Assembly: GCF_036321535.1 (NCBI RefSeq)
Contig: NC_087446.1
Span: forward strand, 61,194,001-61,258,000
Direction of reading: 5' to 3'
From: Camelus dromedarius
Lineage: Eukaryota
DNA: 64,000 bases
The translations under genes were made by a program, and so were the position numbers. The notes beneath the pieces are model-generated. The model was given only the letters and a program-made list of their open reading frames with translations. It was not told the origin of the DNA and ran no database searches. This document shows, piece by piece, positions 1-12,924 of the stretch. Each line of letters opens with the position of its first letter. Position 1 is the stretch's first letter.

Positions 1-468
1 TCATGCATCTTAACTTCTACCGCAGCCAAGCTACCATCATGTCTTGCCTCATAATTGTAATAGCCTTCTGTATTCTTTGCATAGTGGTCAAAGTGGTATT
101 TTAAAACAAAAATATAATTATGGCATACCCTGCATACTAGCTGCTGGCATCTGACCCTCTCTGACCTGATCCCACACTGTGCCTCGCCTCCCTCCCTGGG
201 AGGGGCCACCCCAGTCTGTCAAATACTAAATAGCCATCCAGCTATTCTCCATCTTATAAACATGATGATATTTTTCATGATACAATATTATCATTCATAT
301 CATGTTTTATTGCTTATTTACTTATGTCTTTATTGTCCTTATCATAAGATTCAAAAGAGCAATTTGTCTTTTTTATCATCATGCTACTTTAAACCCTGAC
401 AGTACTACCAAATACAACGTTAAGTGTTAAATAAATATTTCATGAATAATGTATAAATGAATAAATGG
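1..468 (+). mobile_element. L2 LINE 3' fragment
   Basis: CTACCATCATGTCTTGCC...TAATAGCCTTC and an AATAAATATTT...GAATAAATG ending resemble the L2 3' consensus; highly diverged. Confidence 0.5.
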
Positions 469-527
469 TAATTTGTTTTACCTTGCTGACTCCCTACTAT
501 TTTCAGGGCTACATAGCATAATTACAC

Positions 528-552
528 TTTTTTTTTTTTTTTTTTTTTTTTT
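528..552. repeat. Poly(T) run (25 nt)
   Basis: Homopolymer read directly. Confidence 0.9.
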
Positions 553-635
553 ACTTTGTACTGAGTCAGTTGCTGAAATCATGAACTAAGACTTAAAATT
601 AGAAATCTTGTAAGCTGTGCTCCCCCTAAGCTCTT

Positions 636-860
636 AATCATCTTATTTCTGTTTCTTTTATCTTAAGCACTTGTCTTATTGCAATATAAATTAATTTACA
701 TATTTATTAGATTTGGGGTTTTTTGGTCTATCTTACCCAATTGTAATATATATGCCATATGGCCAGAAATTTTTTTCTATTTATTTACAGCTGGAACGCT
801 TTGCCATTTGAAATACTGCCTGCCACATAGTAGATGCTCAGTATTTGTTGATAAATGAAT
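636..860 (+). mobile_element. L2 3' end fragment
   Basis: TGCCTGCCACATAGTAGATGCTCAGTATTTGTTGATAAATGAAT terminus. Confidence 0.5.
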
Positions 861-1509
861 CACCTGAATTTTCTAGGTTCTTGATAAGCAAGGGATATAC
901 TTCAAAGTTCATGAGCTAAATGGTCATTGTACTCTGATATTTCAGCAAGAACACATGGTTAACATGAAAAATAATTTTGGGGTAAAGATGTAAATGATGT
1001 AGAAAAAAGAGTTCCTTTGTATTTAAACTTATTATCATTATATAAGTTAGGCTAGATTTATCCTGAAATGTACCGAAAGAGGTATATAACCTCTAAATAA
1101 TTCCTGAAAAAATTCTGAACCTCTCTGTAGTAGTTAGTAAAGAAGGAAAGGACTCCTTCATTAAATGGAAATTGTATCATTTTCTTAATCGTGATTTTCT
1201 CTGCAACAGCTGAGTTATGCAATCTCAAATGATGCTTTAATTTTATAGTATCTTATTTATTTAACTGTCATATGTCAGACTGAGCTATTTTAACCATAGA
1301 CAAATTCTTATTTAAAATTATCCACGTGCCTGAATTAGATCTGTTATTAGAAAACCCTTTTGTTTATACACCTCAGTTAGCAGAGCCATCAAAAAAGTCA
1401 TTATTTATTTTTATTGGAATTCTTTGTGACAAGCAGATCACTGTCCTGTATTATTATTAGTCATTAAATACTTATCACCATTACCTAGAAAATTCATTTG
1501 GACTTACAA

Positions 1510-2150
1510 TAAGTAAATAAATAAGTATTCATCTATCACCTACTTTTCCGCACGGTTCTCTGTTAAGTACAATAAGGAATATACACAATCCACAAACCCT
1601 GATTCCTGCATTCTTATAACCTGTAATCTGCAGTGACCACATATAAATTTAACTAACTGCAATGAAAGACAAAATGTAGTTTGCTGCCCATGAATGGTAC
1701 AGAAAACAAGTTTCGTAAGAGTTCAGAAGAGGCAAGACAACTCCTAGAAGAAGAATTAAGGGATGCTTAATAAGAGGTGGCCGTTGAGCTGAGCTCAGAT
1801 GATAAGTGAAACAGGAGTAGATAAACCAAGATGAGAAATACAAGTAAAAGGGTTGAACTGATCAAAATTCACATGATGGGCCTGTGAGTGGACTCGTCTT
1901 GGCAAGAGTGCCAGGTTTGTTAAGAAGAATGCAAGAAAGGTAATTTAGGGATGGAGGACTTGAATGGCAGGACAAGGATGCTGGACCTTAAGCAATTGTC
2001 AGTTGCATGATATCAGAGGCATTTGGGAGGATATTGTTGTGGTGACCATATGAAGAGTGGTTTGGAAAAGCAAGAGATTAAAGGCAGAAAACTAAATAAG
2101 AACCTTTGGCAATGGACTGGTCATAAATCAATAAAGGTTTGACTGAAAAT
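1510..2150 (-). mobile_element. L2 LINE fragment
   Basis: Purine-rich reverse-orientation L2-like sequence (GAGGTGGCCGTTGAGCTGAGC; GGAAAAGCAAGAGATTAAAGGCAG). Confidence 0.45.
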
Positions 2151-2182
2151 ACTGATAATGTTAATGGAAAAGAACATTATAT

Positions 2183-2317
2183 ATATATATATATATTTTT
2201 AAATTATTTTATTTTGGCAGAGGGGCTAGGTAATTTTAGAGGAGGTACTGAGGGTTGAACTCAGGACCTTCTTTATGCTAAGCATGTGCCCTACCACTTG
2301 AGCTATACCCTTCCCCT
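2183..2317 (-). mobile_element. tRNA-Ala-derived SINE, camelid Vic-1-like, with 11-bp target site duplication
   Basis: Reverse complement GGGGAAGGGTATAGCTCAAGTGGTAGGGCACATGCTTAGCAT...GAGTTCAACCCTCAGTACCTCC plus AT-rich tail; TSD GAACATTATAT at 2172-2182 and 2318-2328. Confidence 0.88.
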
Positions 2318-2969
2318 GAACATTATATGTATTTTTCTTTTGATCCGTAACTGTTTCCGAATGGACTTCATCGAAATGTTCCTGGAACTTGAAATCCACG
2401 TTTGTCCTCCCTGAATCCAATTCTGCAAGACTGCGTAAGTGACATGAGTTTCATAAACTTGGTATGAACTCATTAACTTCATCAGTGAAGGTGTGAAAGG
2501 CTGCAGCCTGACGTCTCCCAGCCAAGTGGGCTGTCTATAATAAAACACCTATCACTTCAGGGACTTTAAATTAGCAAGCCATCTGGCAGAAGGGGGAATT
2601 AATGAGGACGGCATTACTCATGACGGAGGGCCTGGGTTTGACTCAGAGGGCCAAACAGCGCTGAGGATGATCTGGTTATTATTTTAAGTTAAAGTTTCAG
2701 TTCTTAATAAAGTATCACACCCCAAAGGGTCATAGTTTTCATAAGTTTTTCTGTTATAAAACCAAATACGCACGCAAAAATGCGTAAGGGATTGTGAACT
2801 AAGTGGAAACCCCGCTGAGTAATTCAGGTCAAGATAATACCGTGTGAAGGTCTCATCAAGTGCTCTGATTCATTCTTACCAAGAAGCACCTGTTAGGGTC
2901 CAGCAGTGAACTATTAAAATCTCCTGTCTGCAATATCCTCTTAACACGGCTCCCCTGATGATCCGTGTA

Positions 2970-3140
2970 AGAAGAACGAAACCACACCTAGCGTTGGTGA
3001 GGGGGGTGGTGTTCACTCACTGTTAGCTGGTGGAAAGGTGATTGATTTAGTCTTTGGAAAAGCAATTTGGCAATCTTATTAAAAGCAAAGTGCTTCCAGC
3101 TTTTCACCTATTAGTCTCATTGCAGATTTGTCCATATAAT
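2970..3140 (+). mobile_element. Old L1 (L1ME-like) ORF2 3' fragment
   Basis: GTTGGTGAGGG...CACTCACTGTTAGCTGGTGGAAAG...TTTGGAAAAGCAATTTGGCAAT resembles the end of L1 ORF2. Confidence 0.4.
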
Positions 3141-3844
3141 AATAATTAATTAAGCCAAAATATCTCAATTGTTTTGGTCAATAAACCATGACATATTTGT
3201 AGGCTGAAATATTATTTTCAGGTTTATGACAGGAGTTCGAGGAGGCATTGGATAAGGAGTAAAGGGGCATTTGAGCTTCACATTCACAGGGTCTGAAATG
3301 TGGAGTTTTCACTTTATAGCTTCATGGCATCAATACAGTCTTAGATTTATATTTACAGAGTGGAAATATATGTATTTATATCTCTTGCCACTGAGAACTT
3401 GTTTCACACTACCTGATGGAAATTCTTGGATGGCATGCTTACAAGTACTGTTTCTATATATATTTGTAATATCCAAATTTTCTGTGATGAATAGATATCA
3501 CTTTATAAATAGGAAAACAAGAAATAAATGCTGTATCAAAAAACACTGAGGAGATAAGCGACCCATGCAGTTGTTGTGCTCAATTCATTTAAATTTGGTA
3601 CACGAAGCCCAACGATGTAGGACACCTAATAATAAGCGTCTTAGCACACATGGCAGATGGGCTCTTCCCCCAACACTAAAATTCTTCCTGGCTATCCAAC
3701 TTACGTCCATAAAACTCTCTTTATTGCTGCTAAATAATTTTGCTTTGCTATTCTCTGTCCTTTTTGGCTTTCTAGACACCTGAGTGAGTTGTTATATGTA
3801 ATCCATTATATATATATATATAAATATATATATATATAAAATTT

Positions 3845-4272
3845 TGGCACAGGTATTTTGGTACAGGTATCTCATTTGGGAATACATTCCAGGAAGTTGT
3901 TACAGGGAAATGTGACATGAAGTAGGAAAAGCCAACAGAAGGCATGTTCTTGAGATCACAGCTGTAGGCAACAGGGGCTCAACTCAGCCAGGCCCTCTGA
4001 TAAATATACAGAGTGCCCCCCACAGGATGGTGAGGGTAATCATGCATCGGGTCCCAGTCCCTCCAGCATTAACACCCCTGCACTGCCAGGCAAGCTGAGT
4101 GGGCTTCCGCATCTTCAGTGAAAATTACAGGACGGAAGTGCAGCGGGGTGAATGGCTCGTGTTGGAGGAGGGGTGCTGTCAGTGCCCACAGAAACGTCTG
4201 CCAGCACTGCAACTTGGAAGTAGGGGGAGGGGTGAGAGGCTATGTTCCAGGCCAGCAAAAGCATCTGCTGCA
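3845..4272 (-). mobile_element. ERVL-class LTR (LTR16-like), 3' LTR of the adjacent internal remnant
   Basis: Minus strand starts TGCAGCAGATG after a purine tract and contains GAGTTGAGCCCCTGTTGCCTACAGC...GGCTTTTCCTACTTC...TCCCAAAT...ACCTGT, as in recalled LTR16. Confidence 0.7.
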
Positions 4273-5395
4273 ACCCACCCTTACCCCTTGCAGATCTACA
4301 TGTAACCCACAATCATTATAATGTCGACTACTCTTCAAGGTGTAACCAATTACATTCCATTAGTAAGACTGAGTAGGATTAATGACACAAGCGACAGTGC
4401 CCACTGCTGCAGCTGTCTTTGAGGCCATGAATGACGACTGCCACCTCCATCCCCTCGCTTGCCCTTTCTAGATGGCTTGTCCCTTGTCCGGCACTGTAGC
4501 GGGTCTAGCCACTAGTCCAGGCAGTGGATGGAGACCTTCTTCCTTGAGGAGTTTGAGGCTTTGGGTGCAGAAAAATGCTATTAAGTCTCCATATTTTAGG
4601 TGGGTTGAGTCATATCTTTATTCCTGAGGGTTGTGAGCATTTGGCTATTTGGCTTTTGTCAAGCCGTTGAAGGTGCAATTTTTCTTTCACTCTTATCAGC
4701 CCTCCAACAGGCCTCCATTCAATAGCCCTCCAAACCTCCCCTCCATTCTCATTGTGTGGCAGTGAGTCTAGCTGATAATCAGGGATAATTTTTCCCTCAC
4801 CAGCATGGTACCTGTTTCTTTTTGTCTGCTAGCCTACTGACATATGCTACCCCAAATGGCCACGCAGCTATAATAGCTTCACTTCCAGTGAAAACATTAT
4901 TGTGTCCAGTGGTGGAAGTGTTCCCCCCCTGGGAATTAAAGCCTTTTCATTCAGTAGAGACTAAAATTATAAGGATGGGAAATACACATTTCCAAGTGGG
5001 TCTCTGGAAGTAATGGCAAGAGGATGACTTCTACACACACCCTTTCATTCCAGACCCATGTATTGGAACTGTGTAGGATACAACAGTATTGTGTTAGTGT
5101 CTTACCACCTATCTCAAGGAACAGCACCGCAACTCTACATCCCTAGGCTGGCACCTTAGATCAGCTTCGTAAGGAGCGCGTCCACATTCTCCCAGGCTGC
5201 CCACCACCTACACTGTATGGTAGCACTCGTGGCTCCCCTGGTCATGCATCCGTCACTGCACAATCTTTGCCACAACGGGGCCGTCTATTGATAGCACCCC
5301 CTGAAGAACTGGGCACCAAGTTCTTCCTTAAAGGGAAATTGAACAGCAGGTACACAGTCCACTAATAAGTTACTCAAACTCTGAACCCTACATGA
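4273..5395 (-). mobile_element. ERVL internal remnant (integrase 3' end / dUTPase region), degenerate
   Basis: Reverse complement includes ACTTCCACCACTGGACACAATAATG...CTGGAAGTGAAG...GGCCATTTGGGG...CCCTGATTATCA, matching the recalled ERVL pol/dUTPase segment; no long ORF. Confidence 0.7.
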
Positions 5396-6105
5396 ACAAA
5401 TTTCATGATCTCTTCCAGCTTACCTTTCCAAACTGAACTCCCACTCTGGTCTTTTCACCAAAAATGTTTTTGCAGCTGAACCACAATACATTCTGTTCCA
5501 GGCATATATCCCATTTTTTAAAGAGCCTAGGGTTCTTTGCTCACACTGTCTCCTCCATTTGGGATGCCTTTGCCTTCAACTCCACATGGCGAAATAAAAT
5601 ATGTCCTACAGAGTCTGGTGAAATGCAATCTCACCTACCAAGCTTTTGCTCTTCCCTCCTTCCCCAGACTGTTCTGTGTTCTCCCACAGACCTCCCCACA
5701 CCTTGCAGGTGCAATACTTATCTTCTTCTCTGAAAACCCATAGCTCCTTATCTGTACCTCTACGATACCACCACCCGTTACTGTAGTTTGTGTAGGCTTC
5801 ACAGTTCAGTCTTTGAGCTTTGCTGCATTTAAGGAATCACTCCCCTTATACCACCTCTTTTTATCCTGATTTTGTATTTTAAACACCCAAAGAGCTGATG
5901 CCTCCACTCAGGGGAATGTACTTTGTAGAAGGACAAAGGCCAACTGCTTCAGCTGTGTCCTATCATGACCACCTGTTCCGTATCTCCCCTATTAAAAACC
6001 TTAACTCCTGAGGACAGGAGCCACATCACATAGACATTAGTGTTACCCTCAGAACAGTGTCTGACACACATAGGGACTCAGTAAACAGCGAAATGAATAA
6101 ATTAT
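5395..6105 (+). mobile_element. L2 LINE 3' fragment
   Basis: CTTTGCTCACACTGTCTCCTCCATTTGGGATGCC...CTCCTGAGGACAGGAGCC...CAGTGTCTGACACACATAGGGACTCAGTAAA. Confidence 0.65.
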
Positions 6106-6243
6106 GCAAATACTATTTATTTCACAGTTGTGCTAAGAGAATAAAAGAATAAGTAATTTAAAATATATGTTCCAAGGCATTATCATATCATTATGGTATT
6201 TATCATTACCAACTGGTTGGCTTATTGAAGGAATAAATTAGTT

Positions 6244-6667
6244 AAATTGAAGGAAGATCCAAGATACACAGCATCGAGCAAGTCTATCAGCGCTGTTTTT
6301 TTCAACAGTATTTGCTTACTTTGTGTCTCTGTGTCACAATTTGATAATTCTGACCATATTTCAAGATTTTCATGATTATTATATTTTTATGGTGATCTGT
6401 GGTCAACCAGTGATCTTTTGTATTAATATTACAATTCACTGAAGATGGTTACCATGTTTTAGAAGTCAAGTATTTTTAAATTAAGCTATGTACTTTTTTT
6501 TCTGGATATAATGCTATTGCACACATAATAGACCACAGTACAGTATAAATGTAACTTGGATGTGCATTGGGAAACAAACAAAAAATCCGTGTGACTTGCT
6601 CTGTTGTGAAATTCACTTGATAGCAGTGGTCTGGACTCAAACCCTCCGTATCTCCAAGGCGTGCCGT
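6244..6667 (+). mobile_element. Internally deleted Tigger1 derivative (TcMar-Tigger DNA transposon)
   Basis: GCATCGAGCAAGTCTATCAGCGC...GTGTCTCTGTGTCACA (left part) joined to ATAATGCTATTGCACAC...GCAGTGGTCTGGACTCAAACCC...TCTCCAAGGCGTGCC (right end). Confidence 0.75.
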
Positions 6668-8584
6668 GGATATGGGGAGAACTCCGAAGGATAAAATAAT
6701 TCTTAATCACCACTTTTACATTACAGGAGGAAGTTTTAAAAATTGAAGGAGAAAATCAGTTTTAAAAATGTTTTATTATCTAATTAAATAGGTGATAATT
6801 CTAAAGATTATTACCTGGGGAGCACTACAGGGAATTCATATTTAGTGTTAACTTGTTAACTCTTGGCTCCACAGTAAGAGGTTAAAAGGTGAGACTTACA
6901 GAGAAATTTCTTCTGGTCTTACCCTACAAATAGCTCTTGCTGGAGCTATACACATACACCTAAAAAAAAAAAAAAGTTAATTGATATAGAAATTTTCCTT
7001 TAATATATTCTTTTCTGTGGTTTCCCAGTAGTCTCTCTTCTGATCATCCCAGCTCCTCTGCTGTTTTCTTTCATCGCTAAAGAACGTCAACGTTTTCATT
7101 TAGACAGCAAGGCAAATAGTATATTTCTATCAAGTATGGGTTATTCATTAGGATCAGTTCTTACATTATCTCCCTTGTTTTCCTTTTCCAATATGCAATT
7201 AAATGGGAAAAACTGAGGCAATTATGTGTCCTTGGAAAGAGCTGAATGTTTAAATTCTTTCTCTTCCATGAGTTGCAAATTTGGCCCTGCCGTGTGACTT
7301 CTTTCTGTTTCGTGTATTTCATTTTTGAGTGAAATATTTTTATTTATCTCACCTGAAAATAAGATGAAGTGGATATGTAAGATTATACCTTTTTAGCAAC
7401 TACCAAAGACACAGGGCTCAAGGCCATGATTCTGTTAAAGAGACTGTGGACCATTTCTGACTGACCCAAATAGTTCACCAGTGTGGACTTGCTACATAGT
7501 TTACGTATGTGCCATTCCATTGGGCATTGAATCGTCCCTTCCCAAATCCAGTTACAGTGAAAGGGAAATAAGTATTTAACATATCAAAACTAAACATAAA
7601 AATCACATTAGAGCGATTCCTCTATGGTTAGTGCTTGCTCCAATCTAATTTTAAATCAGGAGACCTATATTTATCTTCAAGTTAAAACAAGGCCCAAACA
7701 TCTGCCCCTTCATTTCCCAGTTCCAAAATATAGTATTCAGATAAGAATTAAGACAGCAGATTAAGGAGACGTTTAATAAAATGTACCCTTAACTTTGTGG
7801 ATTTCAAACCTCTCATTTTAATACTGACAGTACTTTACCATCTATGCCCCGTGGTAATGTCTGTGCAGGTTCTGTCTTATCTTTGCAGGGTACATTCAAA
7901 AAAAAGGTTCCTAGTCAAGCTTAAAAGCAGACACCTAGAAGGACGGGACAGGCTGCCGCTCCTCCTGTCCACCCACACTTTATTCACCTCTGGCTCTTGT
8001 CCCTTGACAGCTGACATCTATTCATCAGGTAAAACGTAATTCTCAAACTAGTTCCATGGATTTTTTTTTTTCCCCACACTTGTTTCTTGTGTCCTGGGCT
8101 GGGAAGAGGACAGACCCAGTGTCATCTCCGCTCCCATCAGTGCCTGCTGGGGATTTTGGTGACTGAGTTGGGATGGGCTATTTCCAGTCAGGCTTGTATA
8201 AACTTTCCCTTGTAACAAGCCAGAGTGGTGATTTTCCTAAGACATGCTTCAGTGCCCTGCCGTTTTACTGCAAGGCACAAGAAGAATTTCGGAAAACCTT
8301 CTTAGGTTGCGAGTGATGTGACTGTTTCTAGGACTCACAGAAAATGATCTCCCATTTTGTTTCAGTTGCTTTCCAGCAATGACTCTAACAATGTAACGAA
8401 TTTCTCACATGGCTTAAAATATGCCAAAGTCTAATCAGCCCCGCCTGTCTGAGCTGCCTCGGGGGCAGAGCAGGGATGGAAGACAACGGTCACAGGTGGT
8501 GTGCCCGTCCGCAGCTCTCTCAGCGCAGCCCTGCCGTGTGTGTCCTGCTAGTTCCCGTACTAAAGAGTTTCTCCAACAGTATGT

Positions 8585-8660
8585 TTCCTCCTCCTCTTCC
8601 TTCTTTTTTCTTCTTCTCCTTCACCTCCTCCTTCTCCCGCCCTTTCACCTTTTATTTATT
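8585..8660. repeat. CT-rich low-complexity tract
   Basis: TTTCCTCCTCCTCTTCCTTCTTTTTTCTTCTTCTCCTTCACCTCCTCCTTCTCCC, almost purely pyrimidine. Confidence 0.8.
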
Positions 8661-9579
8661 TTTGTGGTCCTTAGCAAGAAGCGATGAAATCCGTTGCTTT
8701 ATGGCTATCTCTACTAGGTGGATAGATTCATTCTCTCTGCTCTGAGGACAATAAGACGGTATTAGCTAAATAACAACTTACCAATTCCCTCATTAGTAGT
8801 AATGAGGAGTCATAAACTTAAGAAGGGCCGGTAGAAATGCAGGAAACAAAACGTTGTTTGTTAGTCGTAACTAAAGGTAACTAGTAGGAATAAGATGGAA
8901 AAGATAATCACCATTTTTCCCTTTCCCGAGTTGCATCTCTGATTTGGATTCATCTATAATTCCAATCATTTTTTTAGAAGAAACATTAATACTATGGATG
9001 TAGCAATTAGCATCTCAAAGTTCTTATTAGGTTAGAATTTAATTGAATCTAATATTTTGAATATGTCATGGAAATATCTGTAAAATACTATAGCTGTATC
9101 CAGAAACCTACTGCAAGTGTATAGAGGAAAAAGATAGAATTTTATAGAATCCCATATGAAAAGGCGTTAGGTTTCCTTGACTATAATTAACCGTGTAATG
9201 TGTACCTCTAACAGCTAATGTCAGTGTATGCTACATTCATAGAAGTAGGTGCATAGAAGAAAGGATGGGACAATTCGACTGCTCTCTGCACTAATGGAGA
9301 ATTCTGCCTCACTCTGGAGAAGCATTTTTTTCTAACTGATCAAAATGATGAGACAATTTTAAATAAAATTATTATTTATTTATAAAGCAGGAAAAATAAT
9401 ATTTATGGGATGGGGATGGAGTAGAGAGAATAATATAGTTCATTTATTTGAAGGGCTGTTTAACAAGAGATGAATACGTTCCATTCTTATCCTATGATAC
9501 ATTCCTCATGTCAAAATTTTCATCTGACTCAATTCCTGTTTATTGAGTGTTTACCACATTTATTCCTGGCAAGATAACA

Positions 9580-9780
9580 AGGTTGAGAATCAGAGATAAA
9601 CACCAATTCTGGCTCTTTCATTCATTGTATGTGACCTTGGCAAGTATTTTACTTTTCTGAGTTGCAGTATTCTCAACTGCAGTGTGAAGTCGGTCATACC
9701 TATTTCACGGTTGATGCCAAGTATTAAATTAGATAATGGACAGAATGTAACAGAGGCCAGTTCACAGCAAGCATTTGACA
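9580..9780 (+). mobile_element. MIR SINE
   Basis: Core GTATGTGACCTTGGCAAGTATTTTACTTTTCTGAG. Confidence 0.65.
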
Positions 9781-10799
9781 TATTCTTGTGGGGACTGCTA
9801 GAAGAAATGAATATTCAAAGTATTTAGTAGGTCCCCAGTGGAATGAACTAGGATCAAAATCTTTAAATTGTTGATATGTGTCTACTAAACAGTAACTTTT
9901 TGTTTCTTACATTCTCACTGCTCCTTTAGCTTTCTTTTTGGTTCACAAATGCCTCGGTAAATTTGATGAAAGCTGAGTCCCTCTTCACAGACAACGCGCG
10001 AACAAGCAAAAACACATGCGCAAAATTGTATTAGATATTTCGTGAGCTGGATTGGCTCATTCAAATCCTTCCCTCAGTGTATATCTTCAATAAGTAAAAA
10101 TTACGTTAAATTGGTATAATTTTAAAATTCACAAAGAAGTGCAAGGAATGAAATAAGTAGTTGAGAATCATGTTGGGAACGTTGCTAATGCTGTGCTCTC
10201 TATCTTTCTTAGCAATGATGCAATAAGGACAAAAGACAAGACATTGGAGATGTTATCTCAAGTCCAATTAGAAATTACAGTCATTGAGCAATTTCCAAAG
10301 AATTTAATAAATATTCTCTATAAATATGAGGACCCATGAGTAGAGTTAATCCTTGTTCATTTACTGATTTTTAGCAAACTTGTTTCTAAGCATTACACTG
10401 GCATCAATTTGAGAGTTTATGTTTTGTCAACAGAACAAGTCCTGTTACACCAATTTTCTAAATCTTTGCAAACCCATCTTCTCTTTTGATAAACATAAAA
10501 ATATTAATCTCTTATTAATGTAATTTGAAATTGCAAAACAACTAAGTATTTGAAAAAACACTAAGGCCTTGACAATTTTGAAAATAGTTTTTGAAATTAG
10601 ATTGGCTCACAAAGATTCCAACCTGCCTCCCTCCGTGCTCACTGCCCTCATGTCTTGCCCTCATTAACTCCAAAGCTTGTAATGTGCATAGATTTATTTT
10701 TAATAGTCTGTCCCAGAGGGAAGCAAAAATAAATAGGAAATTAAAGCAGTTATTCAAATTATTCTAACCAACATTTTTACTTTGGTTATCGTGGCACCT

Positions 10800-11260
10800 A
10801 TTGTCTTGGTTTGCCAAGGAGTCCTTTTCTGCTTTTAGAACTGGTACCCGGTCCCAGGGCAGCCCTGTGACCCAAATTCATAAACTAGATTCAGAATTTG
10901 GTCCAGGGGTGGGCATAGGAACCCAAGAAAGGACAATCAGAATCACTCTTCTGGATTTTTACCTGGAACTAACGTGCCCGTATGTTGGAGGTGGGAGTGC
11001 TGTGCACACATGCATGTGCAGGGCATGGGGGGTTTCTCTTCCTCCTGTGGTCACAGAGCTGTATGGTTATAACACCTAAGCGTACTCCCCCGTCACACCA
11101 GTGGAACGAAGATGCACACAGAGGAAATCAGAGATGCGACAATCCTGTCAGGAATGTACTCAAGCCTACGGGTCTTCCTTCAATTCTGTATGCTTTGTCC
11201 TGTCAATATATTTTCTTTTGCTTAAACTGAATCTAGTTGGGTTTCAGTCACTTGCAATTG
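10800..11260 (+). mobile_element. MaLR solo LTR (MLT1-like)
   Basis: GGGGTGGGCAT...CAATCAGAATC and 3' end TTTTGCTTAAACTGAATCTAGTTGGGTTTCAGTCACTTGCAA. Confidence 0.65.
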
Positions 11261-11569
11261 ACATGATCAATATAATTACTTATATTAGGTTTTTGTTATT
11301 ATTTTTGGTCTTCAAACTTCTATTTAAAGCAGTGGACCCTTTTTCAAATAAAATAGTGGATGGATCCTCCTCCAACAAAAAATAGTTGCGTGGATTGAAG
11401 CAGGTAAAGAGCATCCTGTTCTTAAAGTGCCTTCTTGGACTTCCCTTTGCACCAAATGTGATTCCTCCACTTTTTGTGAAAATGCCTTGGTCTCTACAAA
11501 ACACCATCTAAAAATGAATGGGAAAGTTTTCCCAGGGACAAAAGCATCCACCGTATTACATCTGTTTCT

Positions 11570-11945
11570 TTTTTTAATTTCAGCTTTATTGGGTATAATT
11601 GTCATATAAATGTATAAGATATTTAAAGTGTACACTATGATGATTTGATATATGTACATGTTGTGAAAGGATTGCCCCCCTCTAGTTAACACATCTGTCA
11701 CCTCACATATTTGCCTTTCTGTGTGCATGTAAGGACATCCAAGTTTTACTCTCTTAGCAAATTTTAATTATACAACACAGTGTTAACAACTGTAAGTTAC
11801 CAAGTTTTACATTAGCTCCTGCCGCCTTATTTGTCTTAGAGCTGACAATCAGGACCCTATTACCATCTCCCCCTGCTTCCTCCAGCCCTTGCCCCTGGAA
11901 ACCACTTTTCTACCCTCCATGTCTATGAGTTTGATTTTATTTTTG
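11570..11945 (-). mobile_element. L1 3' end fragment (L1MA/MB-like)
   Basis: TTTCAGCTTTATTGGGTATAATTG...TTTAAAGTGTACA...TACTCTCTTAGCAAATTTT...CCCTGGAAACCAC...TCTATGAGTTTG. Confidence 0.8.
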
Positions 11946-12924
11946 TACTCCACGGGTTTTCTTTTAAATACATGCCCGCATGAGGATAGCTGTATCTTTC
12001 TACCACACTCTGCCCTGGTTAGTGATAGCTCTAAACAACTTTTCTCCTCATTCTACTCTTGTTAAAATACCCGTTGCCTACTGTGCTGTATGAAAAATTC
12101 TGCGACAGAATAATTAGCACTTAAAAGAGTAGTCAAGTGATTTGTGTCGTATCATTATGTTCCCAATTTAATTTTCACTTGCTCGGATATTAGGTTTTAA
12201 TATTGTATAAAACTAACAAATCCAAGTTTTAAATTGATTTCTTAATTCTAAAATAAAAGTTGCAAAAGCTATTTTTATAAGGAAAATTTTATAAAGAAAA
12301 TGTGGAAAATTTATCTATAGTTTCTTGTTGAGAATTAAGCTTAAAGAGTGAAATGCAGTATGAAAGTTTAACTTTGTGATAGTGAACATTGTTCTTCTTT
12401 ATAGTCAGTTATTCCTTAAAATAGGAAATGGTTAATTTAAATGAGTTTCAACTTCAAGAGATGAGCAAACTTTGTTTTAATAGCATGCCTTTTATATAGA
12501 AGTCAAGAAGGTTGATACAATAATGATAATAATGATGATGTTTTAAATTTGAACCTCATGAGGCATCAGTCATTGCAATTAAAGAAAATTAGAAATGAAA
12601 AAATATAATCAATACAAGCATAGCAACGTGAAGTCATCAGTTTTTTTCAGTGTGCTTGTAGCCATTATTGGTTTGGCCTACTCAGCATCTCTTTTTGGTA
12701 GAGCATCTCAAATTTCCTTTGGAGAAGTATGCTCCATCCGTACTGAGGCAACAAGGTTGAGAAGGGGTAAGACTGCATTTGCAATTTAGCCTGGCCAGAC
12801 AAAGCCCTGAATTGCCTTAGACACAGGGAATGGTTGAAAGATGAGCATATGACACAAATTCATCCAATCAGAGAGAATCCCAGGGCTTATGAGGGAGCCA
12901 CTAGAAGAAAAGTCTATGTTTAAA

